A stretch of 64,000 bases of DNA, taken from assembly GCA_951406725.2 (NCBI GenBank), contig OX597824.1, positions 4,774,001 through 4,838,000 on the forward strand, written 5' to 3'. This stretch comes from Octopus vulgaris. Its lineage: Eukaryota. Below, in pieces: positions 39,450 through 53,312 of this stretch. The notes beneath the pieces were generated by a model. The model was not told the origin of the DNA. It ran no database searches and saw nothing but the letters and a program-made list of their open reading frames with translations. How positions within the stretch are numbered: the stretch's first letter is position 1; every line of letters begins with the position of its first letter. Position numbers and translations under genes: made by a program.

Positions 39450-42342
39450 GCCTTAGGACTGCAATTCCTTGATGGAGTTATAAGGACACTATTATGACAG
39501 TGTGTTTGGGGAATTTTTAGACCTGAAGAAGCTCAGCTCTCTTCAGGTCTATCCACAGTCAATTTCTTCCAGAAAGAGAGACTGAAAAAGAAGAACTCAC
39601 TCAAGTAAAGAATTGCTATTTTGTTTATCCACTCCAAAAGGGATTAAAGCTAAGTGTTAAGGACTGCAGGATTTTAAATCAATGTAGAGTCAGAACAATT
39701 ACTGCAAAACAATTTCCACCTTTGGTCTTCCAACCATCACATCCTGAGAACAGAGGAAAGGGTTTATCCAAAACATACACAAAATGAATACACAGGTACA
39801 TATGCATGCCAATGTGAGCTTAAAGGTTCAGGCACCTACCCAGTACCTCCATCCTCCCCACCAAAAAAACCTAAACAGATAAAACCCCTTACACACATTC
39901 CAACCCCTCTGTATATATTTTCACCAAACTCTTGCCACCTTACAGCATCTCAAATACTTTGACTCCAAGGAATATAATTCTTGATAAAACTTTTGCTCTG
40001 TTCATCTTCTTTCAAAGCATCCACAAAACAAATGTGACATTTTTCACCTCCAGAAACAGAGAGCAGTTACCATGTTCTTTCCATACCTGACATCTCTGAA
40101 GAGCACATGGTATTACAAAACCATACCGTTATCTAATAGCTGGTTATTTAATTACTCAATGCAAAACCAATAAGTAAGATTGGCTAAAATGGATCTATAA
40201 TACTGTTTACTTTGACCAATGTACTCTCTCTATTTCCACATGTATGACTGCTTAGTTTTTCTGTGTTATGGATTCTTAGATAACTATAAATATTTTATGG
40301 AAGATTTACACATACCAATATGCATATACAAAAAAACTCCATAGACTACAGAGACTTTAGAGTGTAGCTATTTATATTTATTTCATTCACTGTCTAACAT
40401 TGAGTGTACACTTGATGTCATACAGTAAATGAAATATAAATTTTTTCATAGATATGTAACCATTCTATTGTAGATAGGATTTCAAGATGATGAGAGACAT
40501 TATTCCTTAAAGCTAGAGGAAACGAAACACAAAGAATCACATGACATACCCAGAAATACAAGAAAGCCTGTTTTATGTAGCATTTTGTCAACATTAACGT
40601 TGTTGGTTGCAGGATTCCAGCTGGCCAATTCCCTACATTTATGGCAAGTAGAACAAATACCACACAAGATATTTTTATTTGAAAGCACCAGGTTTTCAGT
40701 TTTCTTGACAATAAACAAGACACACACACCTGGCTTCAGTTTAATTCCTGTCTAGCAAATTCCACGTAAAAGGCAATGGTTTCAATGTAAGACTAAATAC
40801 CATGCAGTTGGATCAAAGTCAGGGCCACATGGCTGCAAAATGAACTTCTTAATCACACAACCATATCCAAAGCTATTATGATTATTCATTAATGCTTTAG
40901 GACCAATTTTGCTAACATTTAATTACTTTAGTAGTTTTATGTAGTGTGTGTGTGTATGTGTGTGTGTGTTCATTCTTTTGTAATAGTTGCAAGAACATTT
41001 ATTCTTTGCACTTAGCATTTTGACAACTTTCTCACTTAATTCATTATTCTGCTCCTCCCCCACACACACACACACACCACCACCACCACCACCACCACCT
41101 CTCTCCTCCTCCTCCTCCTCTTCACCTCTCTGACAACATAAATCTATCAACTCATATTATTGCATTTTCCTTAGAATGTAAGAATAACCAGTTGAGAGTT
41201 TTTTTGTCATGGCATTTAGTACATAACAGCTTAACTTAGCTCATTATATTTTTAATTCTGCAAATTTCACTGACCAGAAAATATTTCTAACTCTACTACC
41301 AGATCAACAGGACTGGGTAAAAGATCAGACTTTTTCCTAAACATAAATTTATTTAACTTTGAATTACTTGAAATTATCTCTCCTTTCCTTTAAGAATCAC
41401 TAACAACTACCGGTAGGCTTTTGTTTTCTTTCTCCACCTAAGAAGGGGGATATCAATTGAGAATATTTTGCATTCAGTACATCATCCCTTAACTTACTGA
41501 ACTACCAAAGTTGACAATTACACAAAATTCCCATCCCATTCTACAGCTGATACAAGGATCTTCCAATTTAGAAAAAAAACCCATCTGATCCATTCCAAAA
41601 CTGATGAACAATAATATCCTTACATACAAGCACATCAAAATAAACATTGAATATAAGAAGGTACACTTGTGTAAATCCTGCTGCATATACACCCATTATA
41701 AAGCTACTTACTCAAGTACATGCCCACATGTATACATTAGACAAAATACTGTTTTAGAAATATGCACACTTGGTGACTTGTATTAAACATTCATACATTA
41801 ATTTAGATACATGTGTATGGAAGAAATTTCTATGAGAAATTTCCAGAATAATTTGCATCATCAGAAACTTCATTATATAACTTGTAAAGTTTAGGTTTTG
41901 GTAAAGAAAACTATGGATGTTTCATTATTATTTGGAAGATTTCATTTACACTTTATTCTAGTTACAGAGCTCATAGTAATGGGATATAGTGCAGTGGCTG
42001 TAAGGAAAGAAAATATTACTAAATACAAATTTCCAATAAAGATCTATTTTGTGCAGTGCAACAGAAGATGGAAAAATACAAACGTTTGCACAAAATTTGA
42101 ATTCATATAGAAATATGTACACCTAAGCTCACACATATGCATACACTAAAAAGAAAGCATTATATGATAATCATCATCGTTCTTTTGTATCCACCTTCCA
42201 AGCTAGCATGAATCGGAAGGTTATTCTGATGCAATCATTTGCAGCCAGATGCTCATCCTGTTGCCAACCCTTTAGGTGTCCCTTACGATATGCAGTGACA
42301 GTTTTCCTATTCTAATATCAAGACACACACATATAAATGTAA

Positions 42343-42640
42343 TTTCAATTCCAATTTTGTCACCCTTTTCAAGCCTAGCCAGGCTCATGGGCCCGGTTTC
42401 GATTCCCAGATCGGGCGTTGTTTGTGTCTATTGAGCAAAAACACCTAAAAGCTCCATGTGGCTCTGGCAGGGTGTGGTGGCGACCCCTGTTGTACTCTTT
42501 TGTCCACAACTTTCTCTCACTCTCTCTTCCTGTTTCTTGAGTAATGCTGTGATGGACACACACAACGCCCGATCTGGGAATCGAAACCATGATCGTCCGA
42601 TCGCGAGTCCAGTGCCCTAACCACTGGGCCATTATGCCTC
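42343..42640 (-). mobile_element. tRNA-headed SINE, family D, with an internal inversion
   Basis: Head TGGCCCAGTGGTTAGGGC...GGTTTCGATTCC; 15-bp TSD CACATATAAATGTAA at 42328-42 and 42641-55. Confidence 0.85.
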
Positions 42641-43135
42641 CACATATAAATGTAAGTTATATTAAATTTCCTACACACATTTCATCATTATGATTTTATG
42701 GAGCCCTACAATAGAAATTCCAAATGCATATAGATGCTGAGCCACAACGGAATCTGAAGGAACAGTTTATTGTATCAAGTTACGCACACACACTCATACA
42801 TACACATTTATGTAAGCATAGATTTTTTTTTTTTATTACAAAAATGTGGCTATTTGCATTCGTTTAGAAGAACTGATTTTTACAGCGGAGTAGTTTTCTT
42901 AGTAGTTTTATAATGGGTGTACATGCAGCAAGATCTTTCCTGCTAGGAGACAGCAGTATTGTAACTTTAGATCAGGAGCATGTACCAAGTTGGTTAGAAA
43001 ACACTCCATGTCTCCTTTTGCATGGTATCAAAACAAGCAAACAAAAGTAGGAAATCACAGGATAGTTCAAACTGTGACAGTTGGAATAGATATTCATACA
43101 CTTCTACAAGCTAAAACTGAGACATCTTAAACAAA

Positions 43136-43430
43136 AGGTGCAGGCGTGGCCATGTGGAGGTGCAGGTGTGGCCATGTGGAGGTGCAAGCATGGTCATGTG
43201 GTTGCTTCCCAACCACATGGTTTTGGGTTCAGTCCCACTGTGTGGCTCCTTGGGTAAGTGTCTTCTGCTATAGCCTTGGGCCGAGCAAAGCTTTGTGAGT
43301 GGATTTGGTAGATGGAAACTGAAAGAAGCCTGTTGTACGTGTGTGTGTTTATATGGGGTCAATTTGTTTGACTAAAGGCAGTGCTCCAGCATGGCCGCAG
43401 TCAAATGACTGAAACAAGTAAAAGAATAAA
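43136..43430 (+). mobile_element. SINE family A with triplicated 22-bp 5' end
   Basis: AGGTGCAGGCGTGGCCATGTGG three times (with variation), then the family A body. Confidence 0.85.
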
Positions 43431-45647
43431 AGCCACTGAACAAGTTATCTTTTTCAAATCAAGAGGAATAATTTGCAAAATCGATTCCAGTTGAGTAAAG
43501 CAACATTTTGTTATAAATATGATATAATATTTTAACCTGACAATACCTTTCATTTTTGGGGAGTAAATAAAATAAACTACCAATCAAGTATCAAAGTCAA
43601 GGTAATTGCCTAAAGCTCCTCCCTCAAAATGTCTGACTTTGGACCTTAATAAGAAATCATTATTAATCTAACCATAACCACTTTCAGTACAAATAGGCAA
43701 AATAGGAACAAATAAAACATAAAAGCAAAGAAGAAATATGCAGTGGCTCCTATACTAGAGAGGAAAAAGTGGTAAGGGGTTCAAACCCCCAACTGCAAAA
43801 TTACCAGCTCATGATCATGAGTGAGCCACAATCAGATCGTATGAATTTCACATGAACAACCTTAAAAGTTGACGAAACTATGATGTGAAAAGCATCTCAA
43901 ATGATCTTGAGATTTGTGCCCTTTTTCCCAAGTCAAGTAGTTCAGTACCCAAATCAAGTCAGAGTGATGTTGGTATTCAAGTAGGACATATTTTCACACT
44001 CACACAACAAAGAAAAACCCTAACAATTTGTGGTTGACTTGGATCCTTTGTCTTTCTCCTTCCTGATAGCAAATGGTCGAGCAAATGCAGTTAAATCAAT
44101 TCCTACATACTATTCTTCTAACCAGTGAGAATTTATATATGTGTATATGCATAACCTCCTCTTAATAAAATCTGTTGTTAAATGTTAGCGGGTTTGCTTT
44201 CCTTGTTATATATGCAGCCAAGCTGATCTTACATTCAATTAATAAAGCCACAACATCAACCTTTCTCACAACAACTCAACCCCCACAAAAATGGTGGGTC
44301 AACAAAAAGAGGACTTCACCAACCAACCTCGCAACTGAGTCATTCTACTAGAACAAAAACATGGAATGAATTTTCTGAGCAATACAGTAATATAGAACTT
44401 CTAGTTCACTTTGATTGAAGCTGATGCCCATATGTGTGTGTGTGTGTGTGTGTTTTAGTATACATGCATGTGTTAATGTATTTACATATATACGTATGCT
44501 TATAACTTTATATGCAAACTTGTTTAGTTAAATACACAACTAGAGTCTATTAACCAATGTAATGGGTTTTTCCCCTTGACAGCTTGTCATATTAACATAG
44601 TGAAGTAATGTATTAATTTTCAAATTGTAAAGAAGGAAAAGTAAGCTCATGACTACACTACAGCCATCATCAAAGTAAAGGACAATGTTAACTTTCTGTG
44701 AGAAGAATGAACATTACAGCAAATGAAATGTCCATTATAAAAATTGTGATTTCACTGATTGCATATGAATATTGTCATAGTGCAGCATAAATATGTTATA
44801 TGAATATTTGGTTGCTATTTCTAGAAGTTTGTATGACTGCATAGAGGCTCTCCTCTTGGATTGTGTATGCCGCAATTTAATGTATAGGTGGAGGTATTAT
44901 TTACAGCTCTATTTTCTAGGCATTCTGTTAAACATTTGGAAAGAGACAAGAGTGTCTAGCCAATGCAGCAATTATTAGGAATATGAGCATTTCAATTTAA
45001 GAACTACATTAGCAACATTCAATGCCTCTTCAGCCAAGTAGCTAGGAAATCGTTTTCTATCATAATATCCCTGACTTTCATGTTCTGGTTATATACAAAT
45101 CAAAGTACTCTATCTGACAATATAACACTTTATTGGTTCTCTAAAACTGGGGGGATTGTTTTTATCGAAGAACTTGTGTGCACTGATGTGTTTAAAGCTA
45201 TTAACATATATGATTTTCTTTTTATTGTTAGTAAGGTTGTTGCTGAACATAAGCATAGCTGTCTGATTGAAATGTTTGCTTCATGACCAAGTCATTCAGG
45301 GTTCTATCCCATTACACTACACTTGGATAAGTGGCTTCTATCATAGCTCTGAATCAACCAAAGTCAAGAGAATCAAATGAGATGGAAACTGAGCCTACTA
45401 GATGGACTATTTGATAGAAAAGTGGACATCCAGCCCAGAGGGTGGTGAGCTATGTCCTGTTTGCAACGCTATGTTGTGCCTGTACCTATGACACTTAATT
45501 TTCAAAATGACCCAAGTCCACCAAACTGTAAATCATTTTCAAGTTCAATTACTTAAACAAGTAAAAAACTGAATTTCAGAGGAAGGCAATTGTAAACCAC
45601 CTCTGTAATTTTTTCAGCACAACTATGTGAACATAAATGTTCTACAG

Positions 45648-47370
45648 CAGTTTTCCAACCAGGACCCTGGCAAAGTTCAGTGGGATCACAGAAAAATTTT
45701 GGAAATGGGTGGGTGGGGTGGGAGTCACTGGTTCAATGAAGGGGGTCACAAGCTCAATGAAGGAGGTTATACAATTACCATTCTATTTCTTCCAAAAACT
45801 TTCTATTACCATCTGTAAGTCTTTAAAATCTACACACAAAAACATACTTACACAGATACAAAATGTATTTTCTTTATTTTAAGTTCCATCATGACAGAAA
45901 AAAAAAAAGAGATTCATTTGACACTTCAATAATAATTTATCATTGATGAATAAAGTATCAAGTTAGCATAGGAAAGTCTTGCACAAATTAAATATTACAT
46001 TACTGATTTGAAGTTCATACATCGGGTGACAGTCTCTAAGAGTAACTGCCTGTCACTTCATTGAACTTTGGGACAGTGTTGTAACATTTCTGAACAGCAA
46101 GCAGCTTAGAGAAGAACTCCAAACTGCCAAGTGTGATGTATTTTACCTTTCAGATGTATTTGAAAAGAGAAATTTGCTAAACTAAGAGCTACAAGGTATA
46201 AATACAAACCTTTTAATTTGCAAAGATGCTACTCGTGCTTTCTTTGGTAAATTTAATCTGTTCATGATAAACATTGAGCATAAAGAGTTGATGCATTTTT
46301 TAAACCCTTATCAATAATGATAAGGAGCTGCAAGAGGATGATATTTTAGTTTACACTGAGCACTTGAAAAAAATTGCACAAGGATTGGGTTCAAAGATCT
46401 CCTGGAAATGACTATTCCAAGTTGGATGGTAAACCACTTTGGAACAAATGTAGCTGATGTTGATATCAGATTGTAAGAACACTTACTCAGCTGCAGAGTA
46501 ATCAAATTGCTCAAGCTAAATTTAATCATGGACAATCAATGACTTATGGACAGGGAGTGAAATTGCTATGAAATTCCCATTGATTTAGCAGGAAGTAAAA
46601 TTATATTTCATTGCCTTTCCAACTTCTTACCCAACTGGGTCAGATTTTAGCCAAGTGGCTTTCCAATTATCAAAATCTCACAATCACATAAAAAGTGTAA
46701 GTAGAGGTGATCTTTGTTTGGACCCTGGCACTGAAAAACTTATGAAATTGCATCAGTCACTACAATCTTACTGAATAAAAATAGTAATAAGTTTTGTTTT
46801 TGTTTTTTTTTTTGGGGGGGGAGGCTAAAGATTTTTGTTTTTGTCTTCTAAAAGTAATCATATTTTAGAAGTTATTAATTTTCTGGGTGCCAATAGTTTT
46901 TTTGTTATGCATGTTATATCAGAAAAATATTACAAATGGTTGTTTTACTGAACCCAGAAAATAATTTTGTTTTTATGAAATAGAATAGAGAATAAATGTG
47001 CAATTAATAGACACACTGATATTTTTTATGAAGTTTATTATGTTAATGGTAGAAAACTGGTCGCTTTGAAAAAGAAATTTTTTTAATGTTTATTTATTTA
47101 TTACTATAAATTTTTATTCAAAAATTGCCTTCATTATAAGTTATGAATTTTTAAATATTCATAGAAATAAATTTCATGGCAATAAAATTAATTTAAAACA
47201 ATTAATATTTAAAATTTCATTATTATTTGATAAATTTTATTTGTATTAAAGATTTTAAAATGTTTCAAAAATGACCTGTTTCTACTAATATCCATTCATT
47301 AATGTCCAGTGGGGGCACAGAAAAATTAATGGTTCCAAAGGAAGGCTGCAAGCTGGAGGTAGAACCACTG
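45648..47370 (+). mobile_element. hAT (Charlie/Buster-like) transposon with decayed transposase C-terminus
   Basis: Ends CAGTTTTCCAACC / GGTAGAACCACTG and imperfect TSD TTCTACAG/TTCTACCA. YLSDVFEK..LN.ELQG at ~46143; FIAFPTSY...FSQV (hATC-like) at ~46607. Confidence 0.75.
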
Positions 47371-47559
47371 TTCTACCACCAGAACTCAGATTTAACTGGA
47401 TGGTTCCATTCCACTCAACGATTGTTGCTGAAACTAAGATTATTGTAGCAGTATGTATTGATTATTGTACTACTTGTGTAGTTTGTCATGTTGAATATCC
47501 ACTGATTGGAGATAGCCAACAAAGGAAGTTCCATTTATTAGTTAGAGTGTGATATCTAT

Positions 47560-47750
47560 TTTTGGTTTCCAGTTGTTGTCATGTTAATTGATAAAGTCAT
47601 AAGTAGGGCTGTGAGGATTGTAGTAACATCTGTGTTTCCTGAAGGATATATGTATTTGCTGTTGATGAAGCTGTTAGGGTAATTATCATTGACAAGAATT
47701 TGCTTCAAAATGTGATTTTGACAGCTAAGGCATTTGGTATGGAACATTGA
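47560..47750 (-). pseudogene. Possible Penelope-like RT C-terminal remnant
   Basis: ILKQILVNDNYPNSFI resembles the PLE LK.IL..NGYP...I motif. Confidence 0.35.
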
Positions 47751-48782
47751 GAGAATTTAAGCAGAATTTTCATCTCAAAAACAGATTTCATTCTTAACAG
47801 CTTAGTGGCTTAGAAATACTACACACCCATAATTGTGAAATTGATTGATCAGTGCAAGAGCATAGGTATACATACACAGGTATGTTAGGATGTGGTAATT
47901 TAAGGATCCAGTTACATTCACTAGTTTGATGGAGACAACAATTTACAGAAGTTTCCCCATTTGGCAACTGTGTATGAGTGTAAATATATGGAATATATTT
48001 ATATACATTTATATGGAATTACATGTAAAGATGTACTCTGACATATACATGTATACTCATGAAAAATTATAAACACACACACACACATATATATATATAT
48101 GCAAACATTCACAAATTGTATTCATGTATAGAATATATACACATATAATATCTTTAAGCATTAGATATGTTTGAAGTAAATTTAGACATGAAAGAAATTA
48201 AGTGTGAGATATTCAAAAGCAAAATAATTAAAAAAATGCTGAGAGAGAGAGAGAGAATATTTGACAAATTACAGGGATAAGATCTGTTTTAGGAGCTTAT
48301 TCCCAACATCATCATCATCATCATCATCATCATCATTAAACCTGCTATCAATAAAAATAATAGTAATGATAATAATTCTTTCCAGCATAATAACACCACT
48401 ATGAATACTTTCCCCCTTCTTCCATTCTGCCATGATGAGAAAGCCCTTGTATTGTCACTACTCCATCAGAAAGTAAGGATTATGGAGGATTTCAATCAGC
48501 TTATTCAAATATCAGACCAATTAAACTTAAAGCTGGCAAACAATTTCAATGAATAAATCAAGTCTTTGGTAGAAATTCTGCTTTTCATTTACTTTTATTT
48601 CTCCTAATTTGTTTTTAGTTTCCTACCGTCGTTTTCATTAATGTATTCATTTACTACCTCCATGTCTGAACGGTATTTTCTGGTAGTTGTTAAAAAAGGG
48701 TTAAATCAATAGGCCTTCTTTATTTTCTTTTTCTTTTTAGTTCTTGTCTAACCTACATTACAATGTAACCGTTTTGAAAAAT

Positions 48783-49071
48783 TAGATAGATGGATAGATA
48801 GATGGACAGATAGGTAGACAGATAGACAGACAGGTAGATAGATAGCTGGATGGATGGACGGACAAACAGACGGACGGACGGACGGACGGACGGACGGATG
48901 GACGGATGGACAGACGAACAAATGGACGGACGGAGGGACAAACGGATGTACAGGTAGATAGATAGATATATAGACAGGTAGGCAGGTAGACAGACAGATA
49001 GATAGACAGGTAAACAGGTAGACAGACAGATAGATGGATCGGTAGACAGGTAGACAGACAGATAGATGGAC

Positions 49072-49156
<85 letters not shown>

Positions 49157-49165
49157 GATAGATAC
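48783..49165. repeat. Compound tetranucleotide array (GATA/GACA/GGAC/GGAT/GGTA)
   Basis: Read directly. Confidence 0.95.
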
Positions 49166-49269
49166 ATGCATATACATATATACATTATATTCACACATAT
49201 ACACATAAAAATAATGTTCCACACCAAATGTCTTAGCTGTCAAAATCATATTTTAAAACAAATTCTTAT

Positions 49270-49512
49270 CAATGAAAAAAGAACTTGACTGAGAACCCAT
49301 ATCGCAGTGATGATGATGTCATATCAGCTGTTGATGACTTTTTGGCCAACTGGATGAAATCCTCTTCATTAATGGGACCCAAATACTGCAACATGGATGG
49401 AAGAAGTGTGTGGTGGATCACAAAAGGAACTATATTGAAAAACAAACCTCATTTGGTCATATTCCATGAAAGTATCTTGGTCAGCTTTTATAAACTTTTC
49501 AGCCGATCCTGA
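49270..49512 (+). mobile_element. mariner transposon 3' end
   Basis: MKKEL...YRSDDDVISAVDDF...LQH.WKKCV..KG.Y.EK, then a TIR-like end ...AAACTTTTCAGCCGATCCTG. Confidence 0.75.
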
Positions 49513-49535
49513 TATATATATGTATATATATATAT

Positions 49536-49812
49536 GGACTGGTTCCCGTGCCGGTGGCACATAAAAAGCACCATTGAAGCGTGATCAATGCCAGTGCAAC
49601 ATGACTGGCCCCAGTGCTGGTGGCACATAAAAAGCACCCTCTACACTCTCAGAGTGGTCAACTTTAGGAAAGGCATCCAGCTGTAGAAACCTTGCCAAAT
49701 TAGATTGGAGCCTGGCACAGTCTACTAGCTTGCCAGTCCTCAGTCAAACCATCCAACCTATGCCAGCATGGAAAGAGAACGTTAAACGATGATGACCATG
49801 ATGATGAAGATG

Positions 49813-49813
<1 letters not shown>
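49536..49813 (+). mobile_element. Family B retroposon
   Basis: GTGCCGGTGGCACATAAAAAGCACC units and (GAT)n tail. Confidence 0.85.
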
Positions 49814-49848
<35 letters not shown>

Positions 49849-49899
49849 GCATTTGTATATGTATACACACACATACACATACTACACAAACGCATATAT

Positions 49900-50350
49900 A
49901 TTTTACCTTTTATCCTTTACTTGATTCACTCACACTGTGCCCATGCTGGGGCACCACTTTTTAACCAAATGTATGAACCGCAGTACATTCTTATTAAACT
50001 CTGATACTTATTTTATTGTGTTTTTTTTTTTGCTGAACTGCTAAGTTACGGGGACATAAACAGACCAGCACCAGTTGTTAAGCAGTGGTGGTAGGGAGCA
50101 AACACAGACACATACACACACACACATATATATATATACATATATTTGCAATGGGCTTCTTTCAGTTTCCATCTACCAAATATATATATGTGTGTGTAAG
50201 TGTAAACAGGCTTCTTTCAGTTTCTTTCCACCAAATCTACATATGAGGCTAGAGTAAGAAGCATTTGCCCAGGGTGCCACACAATGGGACTGAATCCCAA
50301 ATCACATGGTCAGGAAGCAAGTTTCTTAACCACAAAGCTACAGCTGTGCC
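49900..50350 (-). mobile_element. SINE family A, diverged
   Basis: Reverse complement of the family A head and body. Confidence 0.75.
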
Positions 50351-50444
50351 ATATATATGTCTAAGACAATCTTAGTAACAGTTACCAGTCAAAATCATTT
50401 CAGTTTATGTCTTATCATAGGGGTTTTCTCTGAATTCTTTGCCA

Positions 50445-50683
50445 CAGGAGTGGCTGTGTGGTAAGCAGCTTGCTAACCAACCACATGGTTTCAGGTTCAG
50501 TTTCACTGCATGGCACTTTGGGTAAGTGTCTTCTACTATAGCCTCGGGCTGACCAAAAACCTTGAGTGGATTTGGTAGACGGAAACTGAAAGAAGCCTGT
50601 CATGTATATATATATATATATATATATATTTTATAATAACATTAGCTCGTATACGAGTGGGTATATATTTGTAAAAATTTTTT

Positions 50684-50747
<64 letters not shown>

Positions 50748-50955
50748 GTATGTGCGTGTATATGTTTGTGTGTCCCCCAACATCGCTTGACAACTGATGC
50801 TGGTGTGTTTACGTACCTGTAACTTAGCGGTTTGGCCATAGGGACCAATAGAATAAGTACTAGGCTTACAAGAGTAAGTTCTGGGGGTCGATTTGCTCAA
50901 CTACAGGTGATGCTCCAGCTTGGCCGCAGTCAAAATGACTGAAACAAGTAAAAGC
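50445..50955 (+). mobile_element. SINE family A
   Basis: Full head, CORE-like segment, microsatellite and tail. Confidence 0.85.
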
Positions 50956-51050
50956 ATGAAATATTCTGAACTCTCTCAGGCCCAGTTATCTCAGCAGAAA
51001 ATAGCTAAAAAGTGTACATGTACAGCTTTTGTACCATCAAAATAGTTTAA

Positions 51051-51271
51051 CCCTTTAGTGTTCAGATTACTCTGTTAAATGTAATACCTTTTCACTCAAA
51101 TTGTTTTGAATTAATCATGCATTATCTTATATCTTTGAGGTTTCAATGATGTGATTGTTTATTTTCAGAATGACATTGTAGGTTAGGATTGAGAGGCTAG
51201 ATATCGCCAGTTTGAATATAAAACATGTAGAATATATTGGGTCGGATTTGGCCGGTTTAAACACTAAAGGG
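51051..51271. mobile_element. piggyBac-type MITE
   Basis: TTAA-CCCTTTAGTGTT...AACACTAAAGGG-TTAA. Confidence 0.85.
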
Positions 51272-51759
51272 TTAAGCAAACTGTATTCCACTAAACTTGT
51301 GAGCTCAACTCTTATCATCTTCATAGTAACACCCTTAAAATCAACAGATAATTATCTATTGATGGATGCATCCGATTTAGAAAAGTTGAACATCTGACTA
51401 TTTATCACATTTGCATTGATTAATATTTATTAACTGGTGTTTAGAAACTATAACAATAATAACAGCCATGAAAATTTCCGTGATTGTATGGTTTAGGAGA
51501 ACAAGCCAAAATATCAACAACATTTTATTTAAATCTTGTTTATCTCTGCAAAGATTGATTACAAGAAATGCATATATTCTTTATTGTTTTACTACTTTCA
51601 GTAATTGAATTCTAACCATACTGGGGCACCACTTTCAATTAAGTCAATTCTAAAAATTCCTTGGCATTTAGTTTTATCTAAATCTTTTTAGAGGTATGCT
51701 AATCTATCTGTCTAATGCTAATTTATCTATCTTTTAGAGGTATGCTAATCCCTTCAGCA

Positions 51760-52780
51760 AAATTACTATTTGATACCTTAAAAAAGGTATACATTGAAAT
51801 TCCATACAGTATAACCACTGTAATCTATGGACACATAAGGGTTAGGGTTAGGAAGATTAACAAAGCAGGCTTTGTTTGTGGCAAATGCACTGAAGCAATA
51901 AACACTAAAAACACGTGGGAAATAGATTCGTGAAAAGCACTACTGGAGTGTGATCATTGCCAGCGTCGCCTTACCAGCATATGTGCCGGTGGCATGTAAA
52001 AAATACCTTTCGAGTGTGGTTGTTGCCAAAACTGCATAACTGGCCCTTGTGCCAGTGGCACGTAGAAGCACTCTCAAAGTGGTTGGCGTTAGGAAGCGCA
52101 TCCAGCTGTAGAAACGTTGCCAGAACAGATTGGGCCTGGTGCAGCCTCTGGCTCACCAGTCCTCAGTCAAACTGTCCAACCCATGCCAGCATGGAAAGCG
52201 GGCGTTAAACGATGATGATGATCCAGTATGATCCTCAGAAGCAATAGATAGTTACTGATACCTAGGACCTTATTAGTATGGAAAGGGGTGTTCCAAGAGT
52301 ATAGTTACTAGAATATGGACTGACTGGAGTATAGTTGCTAGAATACGATCTTGCCCAGGTATAGTTGTAGGAATGTAAACTGTCTGCATGAAAGGTAAAT
52401 TGTATGATGCTACAAAGTAGGAGAAAATGGACCATAAATGCAGATGCCATGCAAAAACTAGGAAGAAATGCTCCGCATGGGTGTGCAACATCAGTGTGCA
52501 TGTCCAGTAAAATGCAAATGTATTGAAAGAAAAACTGAACATAAGAGGAATGAAATGAAGTGTGCAAAAGAGGAGACTGCACTGGTATGGTCATGTGGTG
52601 CGTATGGATGAGGACAGCTGCATAAAGAAGTACCAATTACTAAACGTGGATCCAACCTATGGAAGAGAGAAAGAAGATGTGAAGCAAAGTAATGAAGGGC
52701 TACCTCAGGTTGTTGAGTCTTGTGGAGATGATTAAAGACTGAGATGATTGACAATTAACAGTGCTCGAGAAGACAAGTCC
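51760..52780 (+). mobile_element. RTE LINE 3' fragment interrupted by a family B copy (~51930-52222)
   Basis: GFVCGKCT zinc-finger-like segment and RRLHWYGHVVRMDEDSCIKK (RTE WxGHV.RM motif). Confidence 0.7.
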
Positions 52781-52910
52781 ATCTCAGTAAGAGATGAGGT
52801 CCTAAAAGTATATTATACATGGCTAATACCCACCCTCACATCCAGTCTGTATTTACATTATTTACATTATTTACAATTGATGGATATTTGTCCTCATCTG
52901 GTTTGTTTTT

Positions 52911-52956
52911 AACACAACGATTCGGCTGATATGCCCTCCAGCCTTCATCAGGTGTT
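52911..52956 (-). ncRNA. Minimal hammerhead motif (left arm, GAAT variant)
   Basis: Minus strand reads AACAC CTGATGA A GGCTGG AGGGCATA TCAGCC GAAT C GTT GTGTT. Confidence 0.7.
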
Positions 52957-53002
52957 TTGGGGAATTTCGAACCTGGGTTCTCATTCCTAAGGTATTTTTC
53001 AA

Positions 53003-53050
<48 letters not shown>

Positions 53051-53052
53051 TA

Positions 53053-53107
53053 TGGCATAGTGGTTAAGAGTGCGGGCTACTAATCCCAAGATTCAGAGTT
53101 CAATTCC
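53053..53107 (+). promoter_or_regulatory. tRNA-derived internal Pol III promoter (A and B boxes)
   Basis: A box TGGCATAGTGG at 53053-63, anticodon-loop-like CT-ACT-AA, B box GAGTTCAATTCC at 53096-107. Confidence 0.75.
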
Positions 53108-53116
53108 AGGCAGTGA

Positions 53117-53176
<60 letters not shown>

Positions 53177-53182
53177 CAACAA

Positions 53183-53213
<31 letters not shown>

Positions 53214-53312
53214 AGTAACAACAGTGACAACAACAGCAACAACAACAACAACAATAATAATAACATTGAAAAATACCTTAGGAATGAGAACCCAGGTTCG
53301 AAATTTCCCCAA

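Noticed and set aside
40418-40729. Cys-containing minus-strand ORFs
   Set aside because: No recognisable domain or splice structure.
41498-41559. 62-nt minus-strand exon candidate with a GTAAGT donor
   Set aside because: Weak AAG acceptor, unrecognised peptide, and phase incompatible with the next candidate exon.
53051-53118. Functional tRNA gene
   Set aside because: No acceptor stem, weak T arm and no oligo-T terminator; it is a SINE-type head. The same holds for family A, C and D heads.
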